A stretch of DNA of 64,000 nucleotides from Squalus acanthias (lineage: Eukaryota): positions 163,248,001 to 163,312,000 of the forward strand of contig CM059425.1 in NCBI GenBank assembly GCA_030390025.1, read 5' to 3'. Of this stretch, positions 36,206 through 48,349 are shown one piece after another. The position numbers and the translations under genes were made by a program. The notes under the pieces are model-generated. The model did not search any database, had not been told where the DNA came from, and saw nothing but the letters and a program-made list of their open reading frames with translations. The stretch's first letter is position 1, and every line of letters starts with the position of its first letter.

Positions 36206-37002
36206 AAAATAACAACAGAAAACGCTAGAAAAATTCAGCAGGCCAAGCAGCATCCATGGAGAGAGAAACAGAGTTAACGTTTCAGGTCGAAGACCTTTTG
36301 TCAGAACTGGAAAAAAGCAGGAAATGAAATAGATTTAAAGCAAGTATAAAGCTGGGAAAAGGGGGAGGGGATGAAAGAACAAAAGGGAAGGTCAGTGGTG
36401 GGATAGAAAGCAGGAGAGATTAAGAGACATTAAGAGATAATCAAGGCAAGAGGAAGTGTTAATGTGACAGCTTGAGGCTCGATGAAGTGTGAGATGTGCT
36501 GGCAGAATGAAGGACAGCTGCCAGCTTCTGGGAGGGGAAAAAAAGGCCAAACAAAAGGGTGGATGAAAAAATAAAATAAAAAATTATAAATGTGATAGGG
36601 GCCGAGGTTATGATCTGAAATTGTTGAACTCGATGTTGAGTCCAGAGGGCTGTAGGGTGCCTAAACGAAAGATGAGGTGCTGTTCCTCAAGCTTACGCTG
36701 AGCTTCCGTGGAACAATGCAAGAGGCCGAGGACGGTGAGGTCAGAGTGGGAGTGGAGCGGAGAATTAAAGTGACAGGCCACCGGGAGCTCGGGGTCCCCC
36801 TTACGGACTGAACGGAGGTGTTCCGCAAAGCGGTCACCCAATCTGCGTTTGGTCTCCCCAATGTAGAGGAGACCACATCGTGAGCAGTGAATACAGTATA
36901 CTAAATTGCAGGAAGTACAAGTAAATGCAACACATGCCCTTATACCTCCCCTCTTCCCACTGGCCAGGGCCCCAAACACCCCTTCCAGGTGAAACAGCGA
37001 TT
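36206..37002 (-). mobile_element. 5'-truncated Penelope-like element (GIY-YIG endonuclease C-terminus, 3' UTR, hammerhead motif) with inverted 5' segment
   Basis: FTCTSCNLVYCIHCSRCGLLYIGETKRRLGDRFAEH...GLN. Hammerhead motif at 36272-36308 with core CTGACAA. Plus-strand 36923-37003 encodes the preceding KCNTCPY...QVKQRF. Confidence 0.92.
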
Positions 37003-37003
37003 C

Positions 37004-38735
37004 GAAGGCCTGGCTGTAGACTGCACCACCTCAGCATGGGCGGCAGCAGTCTGGGCTGGCTGGATTACAAGCAGTTACAAGGACAATGACAGAGTGCCAG
37101 TGGTGGGAGCAGGAATGCTGTCATCCTGAGAGAGGACAGCAGGTTCCTGTTCCACTGACCCACTGCCACTCACCCGAGCAGCACCTCAGCATCCCTAGCA
37201 ATCTGTTGCAGCACAGATTACTGGCCTGCTCCAACACCGTGAAAGCCCCGGTGGACGGTGGTAGAACCAGTCATGATGGCAGCAGTCAGAGCTTGCATGG
37301 CATCAAGCTGAGACTGCATAACAGCAGTCTGAGATTGAATGCCACCAAGCATAGACTGCATTACAGCACTAAGACGTTGTGTCGCTTCCACCTGTGCTGC
37401 AATGGAAGCTGCCAGATGGCCCATCACACGCGCCATCAGGTCTAGGTTGTCACGGTCTCTCTGGGAGTCTACCATCCTTTGCAGACTGGAAATGATGGGC
37501 TCCATGGTGTGTGCAGAGCTTTGTGCAATGTTGGAGGCGGACTCCTTCACGATCCTTACCATTGCCGTGAGGCTCTCTGGCAGCCTTGCCATTGCACCTA
37601 TTATCTCCATGTGCATGCCCATCACCCTTCTTCTAAAGGCCTCCCCATCGAGGTCCTCATCTGAGTCCTGTGCAGCAGAACTCGCACGCGAACCCGCCCT
37701 CCGGGGAGCTGGTCACCGAGCTACCCTTTCCCCCTGGCCTTGCTGCAGCCCGCTCGTCCCCGGTGCATCACCCTGTGCAGATCCCACTACTATACTAGCC
37801 TCTAAAGAACGCGTAGTGCCAGTATCTGAGCTGGTGCCTGTGGGTGAGACATGCCACTGCCAGTGTGTTCTTCGTCCTCCTCTTCTCCCCCCTCGCTCTC
37901 TATGATACCCTCAGGGACAGGCTGCTCAGCTGCTTGCTCATTATCTGAAAGCATAAAGACACAAGAGTCGGGTTAAGGTGAGTGGAGGGGGCAGGAAGGG
38001 AGAAATGCATGCATGGAGCATGATTAGCTGGAAAGTGCAAAAGGCTCGTGGGTTGCGGGTGATGTGGGATGTAAGAAGAAGGAGTAGGGATGAACAAACC
38101 ATTGTTGTCCCCAAGGGGGTCAATGTCGCCAGTGGCCACGGCGTCCACCATCTGGCACCCAATAATCTGCAGCATTCGAGTCTCTAGCTCAGACAGTGGT
38201 TGGGTGTCGGCTTGTCCCCCACCTGTGCGCTCCTGCTCCCTCCTGTTGTGAGCCACCTTGACCTGCAAGAGAACAGGAAGTGTGTCAGTGAGTGTGGAGC
38301 AATGTGTTCGGGTTATGTGCCTGCCATAGTTGAATAGCTGTCATTGTGTGCAAGGTGCAAGATGTGGGTGTGAGTGTTGGTAGGTAGAGATTGTTGGTGG
38401 GTGAGTGCTGGGGGTGTGGTGCTTTGGGCAGTGTGTGCAGACTGTGGTTCAGATGGTGGTATGTAGCATTTGTTGAAGCATTGACTCACCCTGACCACCC
38501 GAGTGAGGTCCTTAAATTTCTTCCTGCACTGTGTGTGGGTCCTGGGGACCACAGTGCTACCCGAGACCTGCTGGGCTACCTCCCTCCACATGGTGCGGAA
38601 GACTTGCAGCGAGGGCTTCCTGCCACTTGCTGGGTAGAGCACCGCCCTCTGTCTTTCCACTGCGAACACCAACGCCTCCAATGTATGGTTGCAGAATCTG
38701 CGGGCTCTATCCCTGGGGCGTGGATCTGCCATCAT
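37004..38735 (-). pseudogene. Harbinger Myb/SANT-like DNA-binding gene, 3 exons (38735/38732-38490, 38262-38100, 37944-about 37004)
   Basis: RARRF...LEALVFAV...W.EVA..VS...RTHTQCRKKFKDL Myb/SANT motif. GT-AG introns. Exon 3 appears frameshifted and is 3'-deleted. Confidence 0.85.
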
Positions 38736-39135
38736 TATGGCTGTTTGAGTCGTCCGGCTCCTTCTCCTTGACCTGCTGCTGCTGGCTGAGACGAGAATGA
38801 GGTTCTGCAGCATCAACGAACCTCCCCTTTAAGAACTGGAAAGAGCCAGTGGCAACGATGACTTGTGATTAGACTGCACTTGATATTGGATTGGTCAGCG
38901 CTTTGAGTTTAACACCACTGAGCTAGGCCATTAGCGCTTGATTTAGCTCTAATTCTCTACTTATCACCACTCATACCTCACAATCATAGCTTCACTTCAC
39001 CCTCACAACCTTACCACTGCTGCGACACACCCACATCTCACACCTTGCACACACTGACGGCTATTCAACTTTGGCAGGCACATCACCTAAACAAATTGCA
39101 CCACACTCACTGACACACTTCCCTTTCTCTTGTAG

Positions 39136-40552
39136 GCCAAGGTGGCTCACAACCGCTGGGAGCAGCAGCAGACGGGAGCTGGTCAAGCTGCAATACAGGC
39201 CTTGAGCCGATTGGAGGAGATGGTGCTCGACATCATTGAAGGGGAAGTCACCGAGGCTGTGGAAATGGGCGAAGTTGAAGCCCTTGGGGATAATAACAGT
39301 ATGCTCATTCCTAATCCTTCTTCTCACATCCCACCTCCCCTCATCCCGCAATCTCTCTCACTTACAAGCTGCTGATGGTGTATGCATGGATATCTTGCTT
39401 CCCCCCCTCCCCTCACCACAACCCGACTCTTGTGCCTTTCTGCTTTCAGATAACCAAGAACTGCCAATCAGCCAGCCTGTCCCCCAAGTCATGGAGGAGA
39501 GTGGAGGAGAAGAAGAAGACGACACACCGTCACTGTATCTGACACTTGCAGACACCAGCTCAGAAACTGGCACTGTGTGTAATGTAGAGGGTAGTATAGA
39601 TGTGGGATCTGCACATGGTGAGGCACCGGGCACGAGCGGGGTGCAGCAAGGCCAGGGGGAAAGGATGGCTTGGGGACCAACTTCCCGGAGGGCGGGTTCG
39701 TGCACGAGTTCTGCTGCACACAACTCAGATGATGACCTTGATGGGGTGACCTTCAGAAGAAGGCTGATGGGCATGCACACCAAGATGCTAAGTGCAATGG
39801 CAAGCCTGCCAGAGAGCCTCTTGGTAATGTCAATGAGCATGGTGGAGTCTGGCTCCAATATTGGACGGGGCTTTGTGCAGAGCTTGGAGCCCATGATTTC
39901 CAGGCTAGATATGATGGACAATTCCAGGAGAGACCTTGTCGACCCAGCCATGATGCTGCGCGTGATGGGCGATGTCACGGCTTCCATTGCAGCACAGGCG
40001 GAAGCGACCTAACACCTCAGTGCTGCAGTGGAGATGCAGACTGTTCTCCTGCAGGCTCAGCTTGCTTCCACCCAAGCTCAGACTGCTGCCATCGTCGCTG
40101 GGTTTACAAGTATCGAAAGGGGCTTGCAGGGTGTCGCAGCAGGCCAGCAATCTGTCCTCCAACAGATTTCTAGGATTGATGAGGCACCGTCCCGGGGGAG
40201 TGGCAGTGGGTCTGTGGAGCAGGAACCTGCTGTCCTCTTTCAGGATGATAGCATTCCTATTCCCACCAGTGCCACTCCGCCATTGCCCTTTCCGTTGCCT
40301 GTCAGCCAGCCAGCCCAGACTGCTGCCACCCATGCCGATGTGGTGCAGTCTACAGCCGGGCCTTCTAGGTCCACAGTTGGTCGAGGTCTTCCTGCAAGGC
40401 CATCTGAAGTCTCCCCCACAGAAACTCAGCAGCCTTCCACCAGCCATGCTGCAGTCACTGGGGGAGCACTGCGTAGGAGCACTAGAGTAGGAAAGGACAC
40501 ACGAACGTCAGGCACTAAGGGATTGCACAAGGGTGATTGGTTCATATTGTAA
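39136..40552 (+). pseudogene. Harbinger Myb/SANT gene exon 2 (39136-39298) and exon 3 (39450-40552), premature TAA at 40010-40012
   Basis: Exon 2 is 163 nt, as in copy 1. AG/GT boundaries. Collinear similarity to 37004-38262. Confidence 0.85.
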
Positions 40553-40709
40553 TGTTAATTGAATACTGATAAATTTATTAATTTTGTTTGGAATGTTTGT
40601 TTTGTGGTGGCTCTCATTTCAGCTTTGTGCCAAGGAAGACGCTGTGATGTTCCATGACAGAGGGATGGAATGATGGGAATGTGGTGAGCAATGGGGATCT
40701 GGGGTTTCA

Positions 40710-41870
40710 TTCACTGGAATCGGTGTCTGATCACGTGTTCATGGACAGCCCGTCCAGAACGGGGATTTGCTGCCTGCCTCCTCCCTCCTTGTCCTCCTCC
40801 TCTCCCTCTTCCTCTTCCTCCCCTCTTCCCCTCATCCTCTGCCTGAGTTGGTCCCACAATCCCTGCTGGCAAGGGCTATGCCCTCATGATGGTCAAGTTG
40901 TGAAACATGCAGCAGACCACCACGAAATGGGACACCCGTTCAGGCGAGTACTGGAGGGCTCCTCCCAAGCGGTCAAGGCAGCGGAACCGTTGCTTCAGCA
41001 GCCCGATGGTCTGCTCGATGATGTTCCTGGTGACAGCATGGCTCTCATTATAGGAGTGCTGGGCAGGAGTGGTGGGGTTGCGGAGGGGAGTCATTAGCCA
41101 GATGCAGAGTGGATAGCCCTTGTCGCTGAGCAGCCACCCTTGGGTTTGATGCATTGGCTGGAACATTGCTGGAACATGACTGACACAGGATGAAGGCATC
41201 ACGACTGCTGCCAGAATAGTGGGCATTGGCCATCATGATGCGCTGGGCGTGGTCGCACAACAACTGCACATTAAGTGAGTGGTAGCCTTTGCGGTTACGG
41301 AAGATCTCAGGATTGGTATACGGTGCATGCACAGCCACGTGGGTGGAGTCTATAGTGCCATGGGGAAGCCCGCTATCCTGGCAAAGCCACATGCACGCTC
41401 CTCCTGCTTCTCTCTGTTCAGAGAGAAGACACCGTAGTCCTTTCTCCTGGTGTAGAGAGCTCTGTGACCTGCCAGATGCAGCGATGGATGGCGAACTGGG
41501 AGATGTTAGCTATGTCTCCTACTGCAGACTGGAAGGATCCACTGGTGAAGAAATTGAGGGCCACAGTGCCTTGACTGCCACTGTGAGAGCTGTGGTCGCC
41601 CTGCTCTCAGGCTGCAGGTCTGGTTGCTGGAGGTGGCAGAGTTCTGTGACCACCACCTTGCTGAAGCGGAGCCTCCTGATACACTGCTCTTCGCTTAAGT
41701 GGAGGTAGGAGAAGTACTCTCGGAAGACCCTAGGTGGGTAAGGCCTTCAGTTGAGAGCCCTCCTGGCCCTCCTCCTCCTCCCTCTGCAATCATCTTCTCC
41801 TCTACTTCGCTACCTTTGCTCCCTCTCCCTAAGATACTCGAGCACGAGGGGGACTGCGAGTAGAGCCCCC
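40710..41870 (-). pseudogene. Harbinger DDE transposase, disrupted
   Basis: [62 protein letters not shown] across several frames. Confidence 0.92.
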
Positions 41871-44800
41871 AAGACTGTGAGCAAGTGTTGTGAGCAGAAG
41901 CCTTTAAATGAGAATGAAAGCGTTCTCCACTTGCAGCAAGACTCCCTGTCACCTCAGGAACTTGACACAAGTTTAGAAAGCTGCAAGAGTTGCAGAAAGT
42001 TACACAGAGCCAGTCAAACTGAGAAACCATGTCAGCTCCAAGTTGTTGCTGATGATCCCTTTAAATATCGCTGCTGGAGGCTCCTTCCTGCTACTGAACA
42101 CTTGGTCAGCTGGTCATGATTAACACAGGCTGGTAAAGTGAGCGGCAAATGCAAAAATGGCAGATCGGGCATCAAGTGCATGTTGCACACACTGACGTCA
42201 CGATCTGCATAATCTACATATCTCCAGCGAGCGCGGACATCGGCCGCGTTGCTGACCTGCTGAAAATGGCGGCCGCCACAGGACCCATCGGAAGTGAGGC
42301 AGCCGCCAATTTTTTCACCAAAATGGGCCTTAACGGCCAGTGCTAAAACCTCCAATTTCTAGGCCCCTGTTCTTCGAGCCTATCTGGGCTCACGTGTATT
42401 ACCTGTAAAGCCACTAGATCAGGGCAATTATTTGTGTTGGAGGGCCACTTAACAAGTTTTGGTGAGCTATTGAGGGCCGCACACCCTCAGGGTTCCTCTA
42501 AGGTGCGTGGCCGCCTGTTCGTGCACCAATCGCGAGGTCCCTCGCAGGCCACTCACCAGCTCCTGCCACTGGAAGAGATACCATGCAGCAAATTTAAATG
42601 GACCGCACACGTTGGAGAGAGCAAAGTGTTAAATTGATAAATTTGAAACAGGCCAACACATAGTATTGATCATCATTCCCAATTCTACCCTCCCATAATT
42701 TGTAAACATAAATTCAGATAGTAGTCAGATACTATCTTAAATACACAAAATGTAGTGTAACATAGTAAAATCTTCCGTTACTAAATGAATGAAATGATTG
42801 ATCGATTATATGTTGAACTGAAAGTCTACGTGGCTGTTTGGCAGAGTGGCTCGAGTCTGCGGGGCCTCCGACGCGACAGTTGTTCTCTTTTTAGTGTGCT
42901 TAGTACAGGAACCCAAGGCCTGAACTACAATGAGGCGGGTCATTGTCTCCAAGGCAGCAGGGGAGTTATAACCAAAAAGAGGTAGGCATATCGAATCTGC
43001 CGTTCGTTGGCGTGTCGTTATCACACTGAAACCTCAGTTTCTCCTCCGCCACTGCAACGTGAAAGGTGAATTACTCGCGGTTTCTGTGTTCAGTTTCCAT
43101 AAATCTGTGCAAACTTTCCAGATAAATGCATGTGGACAAATACTTTAAATTTATAAAATAACGGCATTGGCAGCATGACCCGGAATTGACACAATCACAT
43201 CGATTAGAAGATTGTTTACTTCGAACTTTTAAAAAAACTTGCAGCAAGATTTTAGTTTTTAGGGGTTTGGACTTGGTATTTTGCACACATCAGTCATGCT
43301 GTTTGCTTAGTGCAAATTGTGCAAAGTACACAATTTCCTACAATGCATCAGCACCATTTAGTAAACTGAACTGCTGGAATCGTTTTCTTTAATTTATACC
43401 GTTATTTTTCAAAATTATTTGATGGAAAGCTAAACAACAAATTTAAAAAGCTTTATTCAGGTAAAGTTTTTATGGAATGTTTTATTTAAAGCGGAGAGTC
43501 TCTGTGTATGATTGTATGTATGTGTGAGAGAGAGAAAGAAAGATAGACTACTGATAACATGTTATAGCTTTTATTTTGCATTCTCTAAACTTCAGAAAGT
43601 ATATTAAGCTCAAAAAGAGACAAAGTACTTTTCTTTAGCCTAACTTGACACCATTTTACAGAAATAACAAATTAATTGGAACATTTAAGCAGACAGAAAA
43701 CCTCTAATTATCACCTGATTATCACCTGTGTTCTGCTGACAGAAAATGTCAACGTTGTAAAAACTGACACCTGGGAGATACAGAGGACAGAACTCTCAAT
43801 TTTAGCAGGTGTGCAAAAGAGACGATATCAGATCGGCTGCTTATTTTAAACCCAATCAATGTCCCTTTCCATTGACTGTGAGCCTGATGTTATCCCTTAC
43901 ATGGCATAAACACCTCATCAGTTATAAAGCAGTGAATCCTCTTACTCACCATGAGCAAAGATACAGAAGATATACCAGTTTAAAATAAATTCATATATAA
44001 ACACCCAAATAAAGATGTCAGCCTTGGATTCTCAAATTACATCCATACTGGTCCATAAAATAAACCATGTAGCTTTTTCAAATACCATTTAGCTTTTTCA
44101 AAAATTGCAGCATATACTAAGTTTAGAAGCTGGTTATAACCTGCACATTGCCAAATAACAATTGCCAGAATACTGTCCCCAACCGACGAGCTGACCAGGA
44201 ATTAGTTGGTGAGGCAATGTATATCATTATACATGGAAACATTGAGCACTGTGTAGATGACCTACCTGTGGCCCCCATTGGCTCTCGGTGCCAATTATAG
44301 TGATTGTTAGTAGCAGTGTCTGTCAGTGAGCAAACACTAATGAGTGGAATATTTGTTTTTAGTATTCCTCTGATGTTTAATATATGCTCTGAAAGTTTAA
44401 AGAAAATTAAAGAGAGTTAAATCTTTTAAGGGCCAATTAATACAGTACATGATTTCCTTTGAGTGAAGCAATAACAGCAGGAATTTTTAGCTCCAGCTGT
44501 GACCTATTGCTCCTGTTAACATTTAAGCATGGATGTTCATTTTCTCAGCAGTGCCCAATACCGGTGGGCGCCGGAGGGACTGGAGTGCATCATCACCACT
44601 GGAAATGGAATTTTAATTTGATTTGTTAAGTTTCCTTTTACTTTGTTTTTTAAGTTACAGTCCTTATTGGTTCTGCCCCTTTAAAATGGGAGCACATGCT
44701 GAAACTTAATTAGGCAACTGCCTGAAATAAAAAGAGTCAGCAGTGCCCAATAATGTAAAGCGAGTCCACATTAATAATTATTTTAAAACAAACCTCTATG

Positions 44801-46026
44801 GGACAGGGAGACTGGGGTGTTTGAAAGAAGCCCCTAAATTTGTTAGGGAAAAGGTAGAGGAGAAGGATCCACTGACAGGTCCAGAATTCCAGAGATGATG
44901 TTGGGCTCTCGTCCTCCCTCACAGCGTAATGCTGGTCACCAAGAGCCCCTGAAAGTGCAGATTGGTGGCAAAGCACAATCTGTATTCTGGGCTCAGCAAC
45001 TGGAAACGCACAGCCCCAGGTCTGATCACAGCTGAGTGGTACTTTCACTGCACACACAATACTTTCCATTTTATTTTGTCTGTCTTCTTTTGGTTTGTTT
45101 TCTTTCACTTTCTTATCATTTTCTTTTATCTTTTTGTTTCCCTTTTTTCTTTTCTTTTTTTCTCATTATCCTTGTTTTTTTCTCTTTACCTTTTTTGTCT
45201 GTACTGTGTCTAGAAGTTGCAGTTTGTACTGACTTGTGCGTTCTTGTATCTTAGCATTTATCGATGCTCGTGACAGTTTTTAATGATAATAGTATTAAAG
45301 AGGTGTATGTTGTTCTGTAATTACTGCTGTTGAACAAACAACCAGTCTATTATTACTGAAGTTTGTTTTAAAAAAATAAGCTTTTTATTTATGGCCTTTA
45401 TTGGGGAAATGTATGTTTCAAAGGAGCAGTACACAAGAATTAATAATATTTCTCCTCAGACTTATAGTACTAAATATTGCAAGAGCTATTTGCCAAGTTA
45501 TTCATTATTAGTACAGAGGAACCTCTGAATAATAGGCCTGCCAATAATGAAATACTATTCATAACTCTGCAGATCCATGAGGTCAAATGAGCATAGCTTG
45601 TTCCTACTGTGCTTGCTGACCATACCTGTGGTGTAATTGGCAAGTATTCTCCGACTGGTCACTAATCATTCGCCAATGGTTTTTTTTTGCCAATGTTCCA
45701 CCCACTTAAGGATTTTATTTCACTCCTTTTGTAGGTCTCTGGCAGTCCCTTTTTCTCCATTTTACTAGATACAACTTTTCAACTGATTTTCACTTGTGCT
45801 GGTTTGTGTAAAATTGATCTTACAAACTCATGGGGTTATAATTTGCTGTCAAAATAACGGTGAGACTAATGGCACTTGCTGTTATTTATGCGTAAATGCT
45901 ACAGCAATTTCAGGTGAGTGCAGATGCGCGGATAAACACAGAGATCCAAAAGTTGCTGTCTGAGATGTACCATTCCGTCATTAGCTTTGCAAAATCGGCA
46001 TCTCTCCATCTGGCTCACCATTGAAA

Positions 46027-46595
46027 GACCTCACCGTCCTTGGCCTCTTGCATTGTTCCACGGAAGCTCAGTGTAAGCTCGAGGAACAGCACCTCATCTT
46101 TCGTTTAGGCACTCTACAGCCCTCTGGACTCAACATAGAGTTCAACAATTTCAGATCATAACCACGGCCCCTATTATATATTTTATTTTTTCATCCACCC
46201 TTTTATTTGGCCCTTTTTTTTCTTCCCTCCCTGAAGCTGGCAGCTGTCCTTCATTCCGCCAGCACATTTCACACTTCATCTAGCCTCAACCTGTCACATT
46301 ACCACCTCCTCTCGCCTTGAATATCTCTTAATGTCTCTCAATGTCTCTTAATCTCTCCTGCCTTCTATACTACCACTGACCTTCCCTTTTGTTCTTTCAT
46401 CCCCTCCCCCTTTTCCTAGCATTATACTTGCTTTAAATCTATTTCATTTCCTGCTTTTTTCCAGTTCTGACGAAGGGTCTTCGACCTGAAATGTTAACTC
46501 TGTTTCTCTCTCCACGGATGCTGCCTGGCCTACTGAGTTTTTCCAGCGTTTTCTGTTGTTATTTCGGATTTCCAGCATCCGCAGTATTTTGCTAT
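46027..46595 (+). mobile_element. Penelope-like 3' fragment, same family as 36206-36925
   Basis: DLTVLGLLHCSTEAQ.KLEEQHLIFRLGTLQPSGLNIEFNNFRS* plus a highly similar 3' UTR. Confidence 0.92.
46463..46499 (+). ncRNA. Minimal type I hammerhead ribozyme motif, catalytic boxes intact
   Basis: AGTT-CTGACGA-A-GGGTC-ttc-GACCT-GAAA-TG-TT-AACT. Stem I AGTT/AACT, GUU triplet. The stem III palindrome AACGTT is changed to AATGTT. Confidence 0.75.
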
Positions 46596-47719
46596 CGTCA
46601 TCTGAATAATATGAAGTTGCTGTACTTGCGTGGTAGATACGAACTAAACTCGCCACAGAAAGTTAAGTCTTGTCCATTGCAGTCTAAATACCCTGTTAAT
46701 GATGTGATAAGTGTTAACTACTGCCAGTCAACCTCTCTAACACTGAAAGTTAACAATTACAAGTGTGGAGTCTTATTCCTTCAGGTTTTAATTGTTAGAT
46801 TTAAAAAATGGCAAATTTAAAATTAAAACTTTTTTGTTTTACTTTTCCTTTCTCTCTCTCTCTCTCTCTTAATCCAATATTTCTTTTTCCCTTTCTGTAC
46901 CCAATTTGGCATTGAATTCACCCACTCTAATTTACACTTCCTTCTCAGTCCTTGCGCTGTTAATTTCACAATCCTTCAATCTGATTGGTTAACGAGATGC
47001 ATGGTTGCTTGTCCTGTTCATTCAGGTCGTAGATGCCCGGTTATCTCGCTGCAATGTTATCAGCTCGCACTTTCAGCAACTTGCAGTGCAAAATATCATT
47101 GCGATTAAATGGTCTAACTCATGGTGGACACCGTTCGTTGCCAGCTGCAGCAAATTACGACCCATTATTGCCCAAAGCTTTCCTTCTGTCTTAACTGGAG
47201 CTCCATGACCGTCACCAGAGGGCATTAGAATAACCTAACATTGGATTTTGATGAACAAGTTAATTACAGCGCTACTCAGTGGTAATAATCAAGTACTGCA
47301 GGAATTTGGATTCTTTGTTCGAGATATAGGAAAACTTAAAAAGCCAAGGAAACAGAGACTGAATTAAATAAATGAAATGGAAACTGCTAACCAGGTACAA
47401 TCTAGGACTTAGAATGAAAAATATCAGTGGGCCTTATGGGCACACATTTTAAGGCAAATGTAATTTTATTTTTTTCACTTTTTTATCTAATAATTCTTTC
47501 AAAGGAAATCTTTTAGTTCCTATCCCATGTGAAGTGTCTTCATGTTGCAGAGATCACAAAGTTGCTATTTATCAGAATCCACTGCTTCATTATATTAAAA
47601 CATATTCTTCACACACAGTACACAGTTGTGCTAATTTCTTCTGTCCCCAATTTTCTCATTTCCTTTCCTCACCTGACGGCAATGACTCATGCTATGTATG
47701 ATTCCATGGGCGTCAACAT

Positions 47720-48030
47720 CCAACAAAGACTTGTTCAAGAGGCCATTTCTCATACGTGAGCCTGGGCAGTGAGTGCTGGCAGGTTGTCCGACAACAGTAG
47801 CTGATCACAGCTGAGTCTCGATGCTGTTCTCAACTCCATATAATTTGCAGCAAGAATCACTGAATAGTATCAGGAAAAGGAACCCCGCCTGATTTTATTC
47901 CCCCTCCCCAGCTCAGGAGCATTGAGTTCAATTGTAGCATCATGGCCATAGTCTTGGTGGAGACCAGCTAACTCAGCACAGACCATGGATCGAATGTGGG
48001 AGCTGCCTATTATATATAACTCCGCTCCAC
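47720..48030 (-). mobile_element. Old tRNA-derived SINE remnant
   Basis: Minus strand ttcgatccatggtctgtgctgagtt is B-box-like. The motif ctgatcacagctgagt is shared with about 45021. Confidence 0.4.
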
Positions 48031-48349
48031 ATCTGCCAAATTGGGGAAAATGTTACATTGTTCTATCTGTTTGATAAGTTTCAGTCTAATACATACTTTA
48101 AGTTCAATTGTCAATCAAAAGGATATTTTGGTATGTGCATGTTGAATGGGTATAGGTCTCTTGTGTGTTCTTTTAAAGTAAACTAGTATAAAAACTCAGA
48201 GTGATTATTTGCACAAACATTTTTGTGGCCTTCTGCGCATGCGCACAGTATCCCGGAACCATGCATGTGCAGTACCCAACAGTTGCAGGCTGTACCGTGG
48301 GCCACGCTTTGCTCAGCTCCGTAAGGAGAAGGTCACTGGATCTGTTGGG

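Larger units (their letters stand above)
34372..38964. mobile_element. PIF/Harbinger transposon copy 1: transposase (+) and Myb/SANT gene (-), convergent
   Basis: Both gene types are present. A 14-bp perfect inverted repeat ATAAGTAGAGAATT (34372-34385) / AATTCTCTACTTAT (38951-38964) is a candidate terminus. Confidence 0.85.
38965..42366. mobile_element. PIF/Harbinger copy 2, inverted relative to copy 1 and lacking Myb exon 1 and that terminus
   Basis: Myb exons 2-3 on +, transposase on -. Right end AATTTCTAGGCCC. Confidence 0.85.
45833..47163. mobile_element. Harbinger-type MITE containing a Penelope insertion
   Basis: TIR GGGTTATAATTTGCTG / CAGCAAATTACGACCC. Flanks ATG and ATT. Confidence 0.8.

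Noticed and set aside
44546..44752. 15-bp direct repeat CAGCAGTGCCCAATA about 190 bp apart
   Set aside because: It could be a TSD, but the enclosed sequence has no recognisable element features.
44962..45254. Phe/Leu-rich membrane-like ORFs, also at 4419-4824 and 61018-61623
   Set aside because: Translations of pyrimidine-rich low-complexity DNA or LINE fragments.
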